Below, piece by piece: positions 24,747 through 34,717 of a stretch of 64,000 nucleotides of DNA. Each line of letters starts with the position of its first letter. The stretch's first letter is position 1. Origin of the DNA: Squalus acanthias (taxonomy: Eukaryota); assembly GCA_030390025.1 (NCBI GenBank), contig CM059432.1, positions 77,316,001 through 77,380,000 on the forward strand, written 5' to 3'. The translations under genes and the position numbers were made by a program. Under the pieces are notes generated by a model. It saw only the letters and a program-made list of their open reading frames with translations. It did not search any database and was not told the DNA's origin.

Positions 24747-27191
24747 TTATGATCTAAAATTGTTGAACTCGATATTGAGTCCAGAGGGCTGTAGCGTGCC
24801 TAAACGAAAGATGAGGTGCTGTTCCTCGAGCTTACGCTGAGCTTCCGTGGAACAGTGTATTAGGCCGAGGACGGTGAGGTCAGAGTGGGAGTGAAGCGGT
24901 GAATTAAAGTGACAGGCCACCGGGAGCTCGGGGTCCCCCTTACGGACTGAACGGAGGTGTTCCGCAAAGCGGTCACCCAATCTGCGTTTGGTCTCCCCAA
25001 TGTAGAGGAGTCCACATCGTGAGCAGCGAATACAGTATACTAAATTGCAGGAAGTACAAGTAAATCGCTGTTTCACCTGGAAGGGGTGTTTGGGGCCCTG
25101 GACAGTGGGAAGAGGGGAGGTATAAGGGCATGTGTTGCATCTCCTGCGCGTGCACGGGAAGGTGCCGGGCGAAGGGGAAGGGGTGCTGGGGGTGGTAGAG
25201 GAGTGGACTAGGGTGTCGCGGAGGGAGCGGTCCCTGCGGAATGCTGAAAGGGGAGGTGAGGGGAAGATGTGTTTGGTGGTGGGATCACGCTGGAGGTGGC
25301 GGAAATGGCGGAGGATGATCCGTTGAATGTGGAGGCTGGTGGGGTGAAAGGTGAGGACAAGGGGAACCCTATCGTGGTTCCGGGAGGGAGGGGCAGGGGT
25401 GAGGGCAGATGTGCGGGAGATAGAACGGACACGGTCGAGGGCCGTGTCGACCACGGTAGAGGGGAATCCTCGGTTGAGGAAAAAGGAAGACATGTCGGAA
25501 GCACTGGTATGGAAGGTGGCATCATCAGAGCAGATGCGGCGGAGACGGAGAAACTGGGAGAATGGAATAGAGTCCTTACAGGAGGCGGGGTGGGAGGAAG
25601 TGTAGTCCAGGTAGCTGTGGGAGTCGGTGGGCTTGTAGTGAATGTTAGTCAATAACCTATCCCCAGAGATGGAGATGGAGAAGTCGAGGAAGGGAAGAGA
25701 AGAGTCGGAGATGGACCATGTGAAGGTGAGGGAAGGGTGGAAATTGGAAGCATAGTGAATGAAATGTTCTAGTTCAGGGCGAGAGCAGGAGACGGCACCG
25801 ATACAGTCATCAATGTACCGGAAAAAGAGGTGAGGGAGGGGACCCGAGTAGGACTGGAACAAAGAGTGTTCCACATATCCCACGAAAAGGCAGGCATAGC
25901 TAGGACCCATGCGGGTACCCATAGCAACACCTTTAATTTGGAGGAAATGGGTAGAGTCAAAGGAGAAGTTGTTCAATGTGAGAACAAGTTCAGCCAGGCG
26001 GAGGAGGGTGGTGGTGGATGGGGACTGGTTGGGCCTCTGTTCAAGGAAGAAGCGGAGCGCCCTCAGGCCATCCTGGTGGGGAATGGAGGTGTAGAGGGAT
26101 TGTACGTCCATAGTGAAGAGGAGACGGTTGGGGCCGGGAAACTGGAAACTGTTAAAATGGCGGAGGGCATCGGAAGAGTCGCGGATGTAGGTGGGAAGAG
26201 ACTGGACAAGGGGAGAAAAAATAGAGTCGAGATAGGAAGAGATAAGTTCCGTGGGGCAAGAACAGGCTGAAACGATGGGTCTACCGGGGCAGTCCTGTTT
26301 GTGGATCTTGGGAAGGAGGTAGAAGCGGGCTGTGCGGGGTTGGGGAACTATGAGGTTGGCGGCCGTGGGGGGAAGATCTCCAGAGGAGATGAGGTCAGTG
26401 ACAGTCTTGGACACGGTGGCTTGATGTTCGGTAGTGGGGTCATGGTCCAGGTGGAGGTAGGAGGAGGTGTCAGAGAGTTGGCGTTCAACTTCCGCTAGGT
26501 AGAGGTCGGTTCGCCAAACAACAACAGCGCCACCCTTGTCAGCAGGTTTAATGACAATGTCAGGGTTGGATCGGAGAGAATGGAGTGCTGCAAGTTCAGA
26601 GGGAGGTAGGTTGGAGTGAGTGAGGGGAGCAGAGAAATTGAGCTGGCCGATGTCACGGCGGCAGTTAGCAATGAAAAGATCTAGAGAGGGTAAGAGGCCA
26701 GAGGGAGGGGTCCAGGTGGAACGAGAATTCTGAAAGCGGGAGAAAGGGTCAGCCGTGCGGGGGGAAGACTCCTGGCCAGAGAAGTGGGCACGGAGACGGA
26801 GGCGGCGGAAAAAGAGCTCAGCATCGTGCCGAGCTCGAAATTCATTGAGATGGGGGCGTAAGGGGATGAAGCTCAGGCCTTTGCTGAGGACTGATCGTTC
26901 GGAGTCAGAGAGGGGAAGGTCAGAGGGGATAGTGAAAACGCGGCAGGGGGTGAGATTGGGAGAAGGGGGGTCAGAGGAAAGTGAAGGGGAAGAAGGTTCC
27001 GGAGGGGCTTTAGTGTCCAAGAGTTGTTGAAGCTTGCGATCCTTGACATCGGAAAGGAAGAAGAAAAGTTTTTTGTTGAAGCGTCGGATGAGTCTAAGGA
27101 TGAAATGGAACTGTGGACCCGGACAGCTTTGAGATAGAGTGCGTCGGTGCTGCTGAAGAGAGATGTCGAGAGTGTTCATGTGGCGCCGCAT
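24747..27191 (-). CDS. 5'-truncated copy of the PLE RT + GIY-YIG ORF (814 aa from an internal Met)
   Basis: Translation reads identical to the C-terminal 814 aa of ORF 27221-29971. Confidence 0.8.
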   Translation of the reverse strand: MRRHMNTLDISLQQHRRTLSQSCPGPQFHFILRLIRRFNKKLFFFLSDVKDRKLQQLLDTKAPPEPSSPSLSSDPPSPNLTPCRVFTIPSDLPLSDSERSVLSKGLSFIPLRPHLNEFRARHDAELFFRRLRLRAHFSGQESSPRTADPFSRFQNSRSTWTPPSGLLPSLDLFIANCRRDIGQLNFSAPLTHSNLPPSELAALHSLRSNPDIVIKPADKGGAVVVWRTDLYLAEVERQLSDTSSYLHLDHDPTTEHQATVSKTVTDLISSGDLPPTAANLIVPQPRTARFYLLPKIHKQDCPGRPIVSACSCPTELISSYLDSIFSPLVQSLPTYIRDSSDALRHFNSFQFPGPNRLLFTMDVQSLYTSIPHQDGLRALRFFLEQRPNQSPSTTTLLRLAELVLTLNNFSFDSTHFLQIKGVAMGTRMGPSYACLFVGYVEHSLFQSYSGPLPHLFFRYIDDCIGAVSCSRPELEHFIHYASNFHPSLTFTWSISDSSLPFLDFSISISGDRLLTNIHYKPTDSHSYLDYTSSHPASCKDSIPFSQFLRLRRICSDDATFHTSASDMSSFFLNRGFPSTVVDTALDRVRSISRTSALTPAPPSRNHDRVPLVLTFHPTSLHIQRIILRHFRHLQRDPTTKHIFPSPPLSAFRRDRSLRDTLVHSSTTPSTPSPSPGTFPCTRRRCNTCPYTSPLPTVQGPKHPFQVKQRFTCTSCNLVYCIRCSRCGLLYIGETKRRLGDRFAEHLRSVRKGDPELPVACHFNSPLHSHSDLTVLGLIHCSTEAQRKLEEQHLIFRLGTLQPSGLNIEFNNFRS

Positions 27192-27220
27192 GGCATTGAG
27201 CTGCCACCTCTCTTCTTGGA

Positions 27221-29971
27221 ATGCCTACCTTGAAGAAGTTCTGCTCTTCTCTTCGACGGGATTTCCGTTTGGCTCTTCAACCTTGTTCATCTTCATTGAT
27301 TTCAGTTTCCCTTCTCGTGTTTGATCAGGTATCTGCCAAGACTCGGTTTCACAGCCACATTACTTTCCTCAGCAACTGTCTCCGGTTCCGACTTATCCCA
27401 CGTGGATTCCAACTAAACTTCCACCCTTCGTGTTTCGGATCCACCCAGGATTACAAATATCTCCAAGATATTCATCGTTCCTCGAACTACTGCTCTCGCC
27501 GCATCTTGAGATCCACGCTCAATGCCATGCGGCGCCACATGAACACTCTCGACATCTCTCTTCAGCAGCACCGACGCACTCTATCTCAAAGCTGTCCGGG
27601 TCCACAGTTCCATTTCATCCTTAGACTCATCCGACGCTTCAACAAAAAACTTTTCTTCTTCCTTTCCGATGTCAAGGATCGCAAGCTTCAACAACTCTTG
27701 GACACTAAAGCCCCTCCGGAACCTTCTTCCCCTTCACTTTCCTCTGACCCCCCTTCTCCCAATCTCACCCCCTGCCGCGTTTTCACTATCCCCTCTGACC
27801 TTCCCCTCTCTGACTCCGAACGATCAGTCCTCAGCAAAGGCCTGAGCTTCATCCCCTTACGCCCCCATCTCAATGAATTTCGAGCTCGGCACGATGCTGA
27901 GCTCTTTTTCCGCCGCCTCCGTCTCCGTGCCCACTTCTCTGGCCAGGAGTCTTCCCCCCGCACGGCTGACCCTTTCTCCCGCTTTCAGAATTCTCGTTCC
28001 ACCTGGACCCCTCCCTCTGGCCTCTTACCCTCTCTAGATCTTTTCATTGCTAACTGCCGCCGTGACATCGGCCAGCTCAATTTCTCTGCTCCCCTCACTC
28101 ACTCCAACCTACCTCCCTCTGAACTTGCAGCACTCCATTCTCTCCGATCCAACCCTGACATTGTCATTAAACCTGCTGACAAGGGTGGCGCTGTTGTTGT
28201 TTGGCGAACCGACCTCTACCTAGCGGAAGTTGAACGCCAACTCTCTGACACCTCCTCCTACCTCCACCTGGACCATGACCCCACTACCGAACATCAAGCC
28301 ACCGTGTCCAAGACTGTCACTGACCTCATCTCCTCTGGAGATCTTCCCCCCACGGCCGCCAACCTCATAGTTCCCCAACCCCGCACAGCCCGCTTCTACC
28401 TCCTTCCCAAGATCCACAAACAGGACTGCCCCGGTAGACCCATCGTTTCAGCCTGTTCTTGCCCCACGGAACTTATCTCTTCCTATCTCGACTCTATTTT
28501 TTCTCCCCTTGTCCAGTCTCTTCCCACCTACATCCGCGACTCTTCCGATGCCCTCCGCCATTTTAACAGTTTCCAGTTTCCCGGCCCCAACCGTCTCCTC
28601 TTCACTATGGACGTACAATCCCTCTACACCTCCATTCCCCACCAGGATGGCCTGAGGGCGCTCCGCTTCTTCCTTGAACAGAGGCCCAACCAGTCCCCAT
28701 CCACCACCACCCTCCTCCGCCTGGCTGAACTTGTTCTCACATTGAACAACTTCTCCTTTGACTCTACCCATTTCCTCCAAATTAAAGGTGTTGCTATGGG
28801 TACCCGCATGGGTCCTAGCTATGCCTGCCTTTTCGTGGGATATGTGGAACACTCTTTGTTCCAGTCCTACTCGGGTCCCCTCCCTCACCTCTTTTTCCGG
28901 TACATTGATGACTGTATCGGTGCCGTCTCCTGCTCTCGCCCTGAACTAGAACATTTCATTCACTATGCTTCCAATTTCCACCCTTCCCTCACCTTCACAT
29001 GGTCCATCTCCGACTCTTCTCTTCCCTTCCTCGACTTCTCCATCTCCATCTCTGGGGATAGGTTATTGACTAACATTCACTACAAGCCCACCGACTCCCA
29101 CAGCTACCTGGACTACACTTCCTCCCACCCCGCCTCCTGTAAGGACTCTATTCCATTCTCCCAGTTTCTCCGTCTCCGCCGCATCTGCTCTGATGATGCC
29201 ACCTTCCATACCAGTGCTTCCGACATGTCTTCCTTTTTCCTCAACCGAGGATTCCCCTCTACCGTGGTCGACACGGCCCTCGACCGTGTCCGTTCTATCT
29301 CCCGCACATCTGCCCTCACCCCTGCCCCTCCCTCCCGGAACCACGATAGGGTTCCCCTTGTCCTCACCTTTCACCCCACCAGCCTCCACATTCAACGGAT
29401 CATCCTCCGCCATTTCCGCCACCTCCAGCGTGATCCCACCACCAAACACATCTTCCCCTCACCTCCCCTTTCAGCATTCCGCAGGGACCGCTCCCTCCGC
29501 GACACCCTAGTCCACTCCTCTACCACCCCCAGCACCCCTTCCCCTTCGCCCGGCACCTTCCCGTGCACGCGCAGGAGATGCAACACATGCCCTTATACCT
29601 CCCCTCTTCCCACTGTCCAGGGCCCCAAACACCCCTTCCAGGTGAAACAGCGATTTACTTGTACTTCCTGCAATTTAGTATACTGTATTCGCTGCTCACG
29701 ATGTGGACTCCTCTACATTGGGGAGACCAAACGCAGATTGGGTGACCGCTTTGCGGAACACCTCCGTTCAGTCCGTAAGGGGGACCCCGAGCTCCCGGTG
29801 GCCTGTCACTTTAATTCACCGCTTCACTCCCACTCTGACCTCACCGTCCTCGGCCTAATACACTGTTCCACGGAAGCTCAGCGTAAGCTCGAGGAACAGC
29901 ACCTCATCTTTCGTTTAGGCACGCTACAGCCCTCTGGACTCAATATCGAGTTCAACAATTTTAGATCATAA
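27221..29971 (+). CDS. Penelope-like reverse transcriptase with C-terminal GIY-YIG endonuclease, intact, 916 aa
   Basis: IKPADKGGAVVV, YLLPKIHK, GRPIVS, TMDVQSLYTSI, QIKGVAMGTRMGPSYA, FRYIDD, LPFLD. CTRRRCNTC linker (Neptune-like). NLVYCIRCSRCGLLYIGETKRRLGDRFAEH endonuclease. Confidence 0.96.
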   Translation: MPTLKKFCSSLRRDFRLALQPCSSSLISVSLLVFDQVSAKTRFHSHITFLSNCLRFRLIPRGFQLNFHPSCFGSTQDYKYLQDIHRSSNYCSRRILRSTLNAMRRHMNTLDISLQQHRRTLSQSCPGPQFHFILRLIRRFNKKLFFFLSDVKDRKLQQLLDTKAPPEPSSPSLSSDPPSPNLTPCRVFTIPSDLPLSDSERSVLSKGLSFIPLRPHLNEFRARHDAELFFRRLRLRAHFSGQESSPRTADPFSRFQNSRSTWTPPSGLLPSLDLFIANCRRDIGQLNFSAPLTHSNLPPSELAALHSLRSNPDIVIKPADKGGAVVVWRTDLYLAEVERQLSDTSSYLHLDHDPTTEHQATVSKTVTDLISSGDLPPTAANLIVPQPRTARFYLLPKIHKQDCPGRPIVSACSCPTELISSYLDSIFSPLVQSLPTYIRDSSDALRHFNSFQFPGPNRLLFTMDVQSLYTSIPHQDGLRALRFFLEQRPNQSPSTTTLLRLAELVLTLNNFSFDSTHFLQIKGVAMGTRMGPSYACLFVGYVEHSLFQSYSGPLPHLFFRYIDDCIGAVSCSRPELEHFIHYASNFHPSLTFTWSISDSSLPFLDFSISISGDRLLTNIHYKPTDSHSYLDYTSSHPASCKDSIPFSQFLRLRRICSDDATFHTSASDMSSFFLNRGFPSTVVDTALDRVRSISRTSALTPAPPSRNHDRVPLVLTFHPTSLHIQRIILRHFRHLQRDPTTKHIFPSPPLSAFRRDRSLRDTLVHSSTTPSTPSPSPGTFPCTRRRCNTCPYTSPLPTVQGPKHPFQVKQRFTCTSCNLVYCIRCSRCGLLYIGETKRRLGDRFAEHLRSVRKGDPELPVACHFNSPLHSHSDLTVLGLIHCSTEAQRKLEEQHLIFRLGTLQPSGLNIEFNNFRS

Positions 29972-30247
29972 CCTCAGCTCCAATCACATTTATATTTTAT
30001 TTTATCCACCCTTTTATTTGTCCCCCCCACCTTTTTTTTCCTCCTAGAAGCTGGCAGCTGTCCTTCATTCTGCCAGTAGATTTCACACTTCATTCAGCCT
30101 TAATCTGTCACATTAACACCACCTCTAGCCTTGCATATCTCTTAATGTCTCTTAATGTCTCTTCATCTCCTCCTTTGTTCCTTTATCCCCTCCCCCTTTT
30201 CCCAGCTTTACCCTGGCCTTAAATCTATTTGATTTCCAGCTCTTCCC

Positions 30248-30284
30248 AGTTCTGATGAAAGGTCATCGACCTGAAACGTCAACT
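30248..30284 (+). ncRNA. Minimal hammerhead ribozyme in the right-arm pLTR
   Basis: AGTT-CTGATGA-A-AGGTC atc GACCT-GAAA-CG-TC-AACT: canonical core, GUC cleavage triplet, palindromic ACGT stem III. Confidence 0.88.
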
Positions 30285-30772
30285 CTCTTTCTCTCTCCAC
30301 GGATGCTGCCTGGCCTGCTGAGTTTTTCCAGCGTTTTCTGTTGTTATTTCGGATTTCCAGCATCTGCAGTATTTTGCTATCGTAATAGTATAATCCAATC
30401 TCGTTCAAAGCAGAGACGTAGTCCAGATGTCCAGAGAAGTCCAAGAGATCCGAAACCAATTTGACAAAAGAATTCCTCAGCTTAAGACTTGAAGTGACTG
30501 AAAAGCAGAGCATTGCCACAGCCGCTGAGTCAAACCGTGTAGTCAACGAAGTCCTGTCTGCGAGGAATCCAGCGATAGAGGTCAAGGTTCAGCAGAGTTC
30601 CAGCAGTGGAAAGAGCTCAGTGAGAACAAAAATGCCAGTGGATGGGCCGTGGACTCTGCAGGGGTAGCTTTAAACTTGTAGTTTGAACTTGTAGTTTGGG
30701 CTAAAATGCTTTCACTATCAGAAGTGAGAAGTCGCACAACACCAGGTTATAGTCCAACAGTTTTATTTGAAA

Positions 30773-30810
30773 TCACAAGCTTTCGGAGCTGCTGCTCCTT
30801 CGTCAGGTGA
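30773..30810 (-). ncRNA. Minimal hammerhead ribozyme motif, family B
   Basis: Minus strand reads TCAC-CTGACGA-A-GGAGC agca GCTCC-GAAA-GC-TT-GTGA. Confidence 0.85.
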
Positions 30811-30857
30811 AGTGAACAAATACAAATGGGCACAGCATATATAGACAGAGAACACGT

Positions 30858-32031
30858 GGGCAACACGGTGGCATAGTGGTTAGCACTGGTGCCTCACAGC
30901 GCCAGAGACCCGGGTTCGAATCTGACCTCGGGTGACTGTCTGTGTGGAGTTTGCACATTCTCCCCGTGTCTGCGTGGGTTTCCTCCGGGTGCTCCGGTTT
31001 CCTCCCACAGTCCAAAAATGTGCGGGTTAGGTTGATTTGGCTATGATAAATTGACCCTTAGTGTTAGGGGGGGGGGGATTAAATATGTGGGGTTATGGGG
31101 ATAGGATGGGATATGTTAGGGGGAATTAAATACGTGGGGTTACGGGGCTAGGGTGGGATATGTGTACTGTGGGGATTAAAGCAGGGACAGGGTACTGGAT
31201 TTGAATGATCAGCCATGATCGTATTGAATGGTGGAGCAGGCTCGACGGGCCGAATGGCCTACTCCTGCTCCTAGATTCTATGGCCGAAAATTGATCCCGG
31301 GACGCGAGAGTACGCACTGCGTACTCTCGCGTATTCCCACTCCAATTGCCGGTTTTCTGCATGCCCTGCGCATGCGCTGAAAACCGGCAATTGCTCTTCT
31401 GAAAAGGGGGCGGGGCCTGAGTGCATCGCGTGCGCGCACGCTGTGCACTTCATGCTTTGGACGCGCAGGTAAGTAGGGAAGATTTTGGAAATGTAAAAAG
31501 GAGGAGTAAGACCCGCTTTTAAGAAGGTAAGTAGTGAATTAAGTATTTTTTTGAATTTTTTTTTACAGGTATATCTTTTTTAGAGACTTTAAAGACAGGT
31601 AAGTTTATTTTTATAACTTTTTAAAAGATTTTAAATTTTTTCAAAAATTTAATTTTTTATTTAAAATGGTTAATTTAATTAACTATACTTATTTTATTAA
31701 TGTGATGGTTTTTTTTTTAAATTTAATTGAGGTTTAGCTGTTATTTTGGGGGGGTGTAAGATTCATAAGTCTCACAGCCATGCTGTGAGACTTATGAATG
31801 GAAGATGGTGTGCTGCCATTGGCTCTAACTGAGTCACGTGATCCCACAGCTCGCACGAATTAACTGCGCCGCTGGGATACGCAAGCCCAGCACAGCTGAT
31901 GTCTGGAACATCAAGTTCGTGCGAGCTGGATCAGAAAAAGCATAAGCGAGGTGAGACATCGCGGGGAAGGCTTACCCCCGCGGGAACAGAGCGAGATCAA
32001 TTTCTGGGCCTATGTTTCTATGTTTCTATGT
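30858..32031 (+). mobile_element. HE1-type tRNA-derived V-SINE with CR1-derived 3' tail, interrupted by a MITE
   Basis: A box TGGCATAGTGG and B box GGTTCGAATC. V-domain TGTGTGGAGTTTGCACATTCTCCCCGTGTCTGCGTGGGTTTCCTCCGGGTGCTCCGGTTTCCTCCCAC. (TTTCTATG)n tail. Confidence 0.92.
31282..32010. mobile_element. Harbinger-type MITE inserted in the SINE tail
   Basis: TIRs GGCCGAAAATTGATC / GATCAATTTCTGGGCC, TAT TSD, same internal layout as 34718-35480. Confidence 0.85.
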
Positions 32032-32199
32032 AACAATGCCTGTGCAGCGTACAATGTCAGACGACTACAGTTAATCTTTCTGACTGCCCTTTATCACACC
32101 TCGGCAGAGAGACAATCACGGCAATCAAATCCAACCAGGTCAGTCAGGCATCTCCGCATCATGTTCACTATCAGAGGCAGCGTATCTTAAGCAATTGAA

Positions 32200-32960
32200 G
32201 AAAGGAGATTGGGGGAAGAAAGGGCAAAAGATGGCACTGGATGACCATGGATACAGTTGAAGAGAAGAGAAGAGCAGCTCAGAAAGGAGCTACTAGCCCA
32301 GGAGCTATCTTGGGTCAAAACCAAGGCGGCAATGCTTCAGTAAGGAGAATGGTGTCACCACCCATGAGCCAGATCTCAGTCAAAGTCAGGATGTTGATGC
32401 AATCATGCACAATAAGGTTGTGGATGGCAAGGCTCTTGTTCATGAATGAACGTACAATCTGGAGGGAAATGCGTTGAGGGTTGGTGTTTGTTTATGCAGT
32501 GGCAGAGTTCAAGGGGTCATTGGTGGGTGGGGTGAGTGGCATGGGAAGGAGTTTGACGAGGTTATTCCCAAGCAGATGTACTGGATGGGAAGGTCATCGA
32601 GAGAGGAGGATTGGGCAGTTAGGGTTGCTGCTTGTAAGGAGGCAGCAATGGGTGCATCAATGTGTCCTTCAGAGAATCCATGAGAGGCACTAAAGTTAAC
32701 TGTGGGTTTGCAAGGGGGATTCAAGCCTGGGACAGCGGCAGGGGAGTAGGAAGGCAGAGGAACAGTGATGGGTTGGCGTAGGGATTGGGGAGGCAAAGTA
32801 CCCAAGGAAAGAAATGAAAGTTTGCATGACTGGGTGACAAGAAGAAGAGGAGACAGAAGAGAAGGGCTCAAAAGAAATAAAAAAGTAATGGGCTCAGGTG
32901 TGGAGTGGCAGCCAAAATATGCACATGAATGGACACCGAGGAATTTTGGGTTGCGTAGGC
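32200..32960 (-). mobile_element. Decayed L2 5'/endonuclease region
   Basis: Similar to 23000-23810 (gatgttgatgcaatca..ggatggcaa..tgaacg..tctggaggga). Confidence 0.7.
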
Positions 32961-33051
32961 ATGACAGAGATTAGGAGAGACGTGTGCTGATCATAAACAG
33001 CGGACAGATAGGATACTTAAAAGACGACTGGTAGTTTTAGAAAAGTATCAT

Positions 33052-33160
33052 AAAATGAAATAAAAACAGAAAATACTGGAAACATTCAGCAGGTCAGCTG
33101 GCATCTGTGGAGAGAGAAACGAACTTGACCTTTTAGGTCGATGACCTTTCATCAGCTCTG
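33052..33160 (-). mobile_element. Penelope pLTR remnant (family A) with degenerate hammerhead
   Basis: cagaaaatactggaaacattcagcaggtcag..ggagagagaaa..aggtcgatgacctttcatcag matches 24378-24466. Confidence 0.75.
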
Positions 33161-33603
33161 AAATGACTAATGTAGGATATTAATGTACAAACGCTTAACA
33201 CATTCATCTAAAGTTCCTCTCTCTGCTATTTTACTGGAGATATGAACCCATTTATTTTTAATCAGATAATGCTTCAAGAACAAAACGAGAGGAATTTCAG
33301 ACAAACAAGTTACTTGTTTGTGCGATAGTTTCCCTATGAAAAATGTCAGGGCCATTTGAAGTTTTAAAGCAAAATTTATGAGACCGGGGTGTAAGAAAAA
33401 TACTCTTGTCTCATGTTCTGGATTGGCCATGAGATAAATCCCATCAACTTTCATTTCTAATAGGTACATTCCAGAATGCACTGAGATTTTAAACTGTAAA
33501 CAATGGTTTTCCCCTTAGTTCAAAAGTACTGTACCAGACATCATTATAAAAATGGCGACAGAATATTTCATTAAAATTATTAGTGATTGTAGCAAAGACA
33601 ATT

Positions 33604-34441
33604 GGCCCAAATTGTACAACTCTGCCTCCAACGCCCCAGCAGAAACTGGGCGGGGGGGTTAGTTAAAATGAGGCCAGTCACTTACCACCTCTGATCCTGT
33701 TGCCTTCCCGTCGTGTCCCGATATTAACCTGCTCTTTTGAACAGGCGAGCGGGAGAACGGCCTCTTGCTCGCCTGCTCAAAAGAGCAGGTTTATATTGGG
33801 ATCCAATCAGCAATTTTAGTCCGAGGCTTGAGAGGGAGAGCAGTGACTGCTTCCCCATCAGGCCTGACCCACCGGGAGGTGGACTGTGGGCCAGAAGAGG
33901 CCCAGCAGGTAAGTCATTATTTTAATTTTAAGTTTTCTGGTGGGCCAGGAGGAGCAGGAGTGCTCATTGTCTATGTCTGCAGTTCCCATTACTCAACCAC
34001 TAATCTCCTCATTTTCTGAAGGATAATCTGTTGTATCGGGGAAAACCCATCTCCAGAGACATTGAGGGGAATTTTAACTCCTGGTGGGAAAGCAGTCTAG
34101 TGAGCACCTGGCCTCTCCGGGAGCAGCAGCGGGGGGTCAAACCTATTGTAATAGCCACGTCTCATTAACATGCCGCTGACCAACCTCGACCAAAACAGCT
34201 GGGAAGTCGGCAGGAAGCGCTGCCTGACTATTAAAATCAGGCAGCTACCAGCCGGGCCCAAGATAAGAGCAGAGCTGAGGGTTCTGTGCGGGTCAGCGGT
34301 TTTGGACCTAATCTGCGCATTTAAAGAAGGACCCTGTCGACTTCAGGCGGGTGTCCTTGGCGCCTGTGATTTAAAATTCAGTTAGGAGGCCAGTTAGTAA
34401 GACTCCCACTCCATTTTAACTGCCCGATTAAAATTTCTCCC
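33604..34441. mobile_element. Harbinger-type MITE remnants (34064-34441 bounded by TIR-like ends)
   Basis: GAGGGGAATTTTAA / TTAAAATTTCTCCC with ATT on both flanks. The upstream segment resembles 37479-37795. Confidence 0.55.
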
Positions 34442-34717
34442 ATTATATCTATCATCATTGAGGGTTGAGGGATCATGTGACCCAGTAGACATACATGTTC
34501 ACATACCTCTTGTTGTTATATAAGGAAGAGTTAATAATTAGTTCCAGGTAACTTAACTTTACTTCTCATTTGTTGGTGATTTTGGAGAACTCCTGGACTG
34601 ACCCCGAGTCAGCCAAATGGGAAGTGTGTCACTAACAGACCACACAGCTTATATTCCCTTAACAGAAAACTACATATGGTGGGATTAGTGCTTGTCCCCA
34701 AGCAGCCTAATATTAAT

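Larger units (their letters stand above)
24370..30384. mobile_element. Penelope-like retroelement (Neptune-type) inserted as a head-to-head inverted duplication
   Basis: Arms 24369-27201 and 27517-30349 are reverse complements (paired coordinates sum to 54718) around a 315-bp unique spacer. 14-bp TSD ATAGTATAATCCAA at 24356-24369 and 30385-30398. Confidence 0.95.
30723..32163 (-). mobile_element. Penelope-like family B 3' fragment split by an HE1 SINE
   Basis: pLTR at 30723-30854, continuing at 32032. 12-bp TSD TTCACTATCAGA at 30711-30722 and 32164-32175. Confidence 0.75.

Noticed and set aside
25132..29745. Many short alternative-frame and antisense ORFs within the PLE and LINEs
   Set aside because: By-products of strand-skewed base composition. 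They are mirrored only because of the duplication.
24370..30384. Palindrome as a pure sequencing or assembly fold-back artefact
   Set aside because: The flanks are different on each side, a direct 14-bp TSD encloses the unit, and the mirror stops inside the element end. Not fully excluded without reads.
24370..30384. DNA transposon with giant TIRs, or a DIRS/LTR element
   Set aside because: The only protein is PLE RT + GIY-YIG. No transposase, integrase, tyrosine recombinase or gag was seen.
30858..30935. tRNA gene (also 60430-60502)
   Set aside because: The A/B boxes are SINE heads followed by SINE cores and LINE-derived tails.
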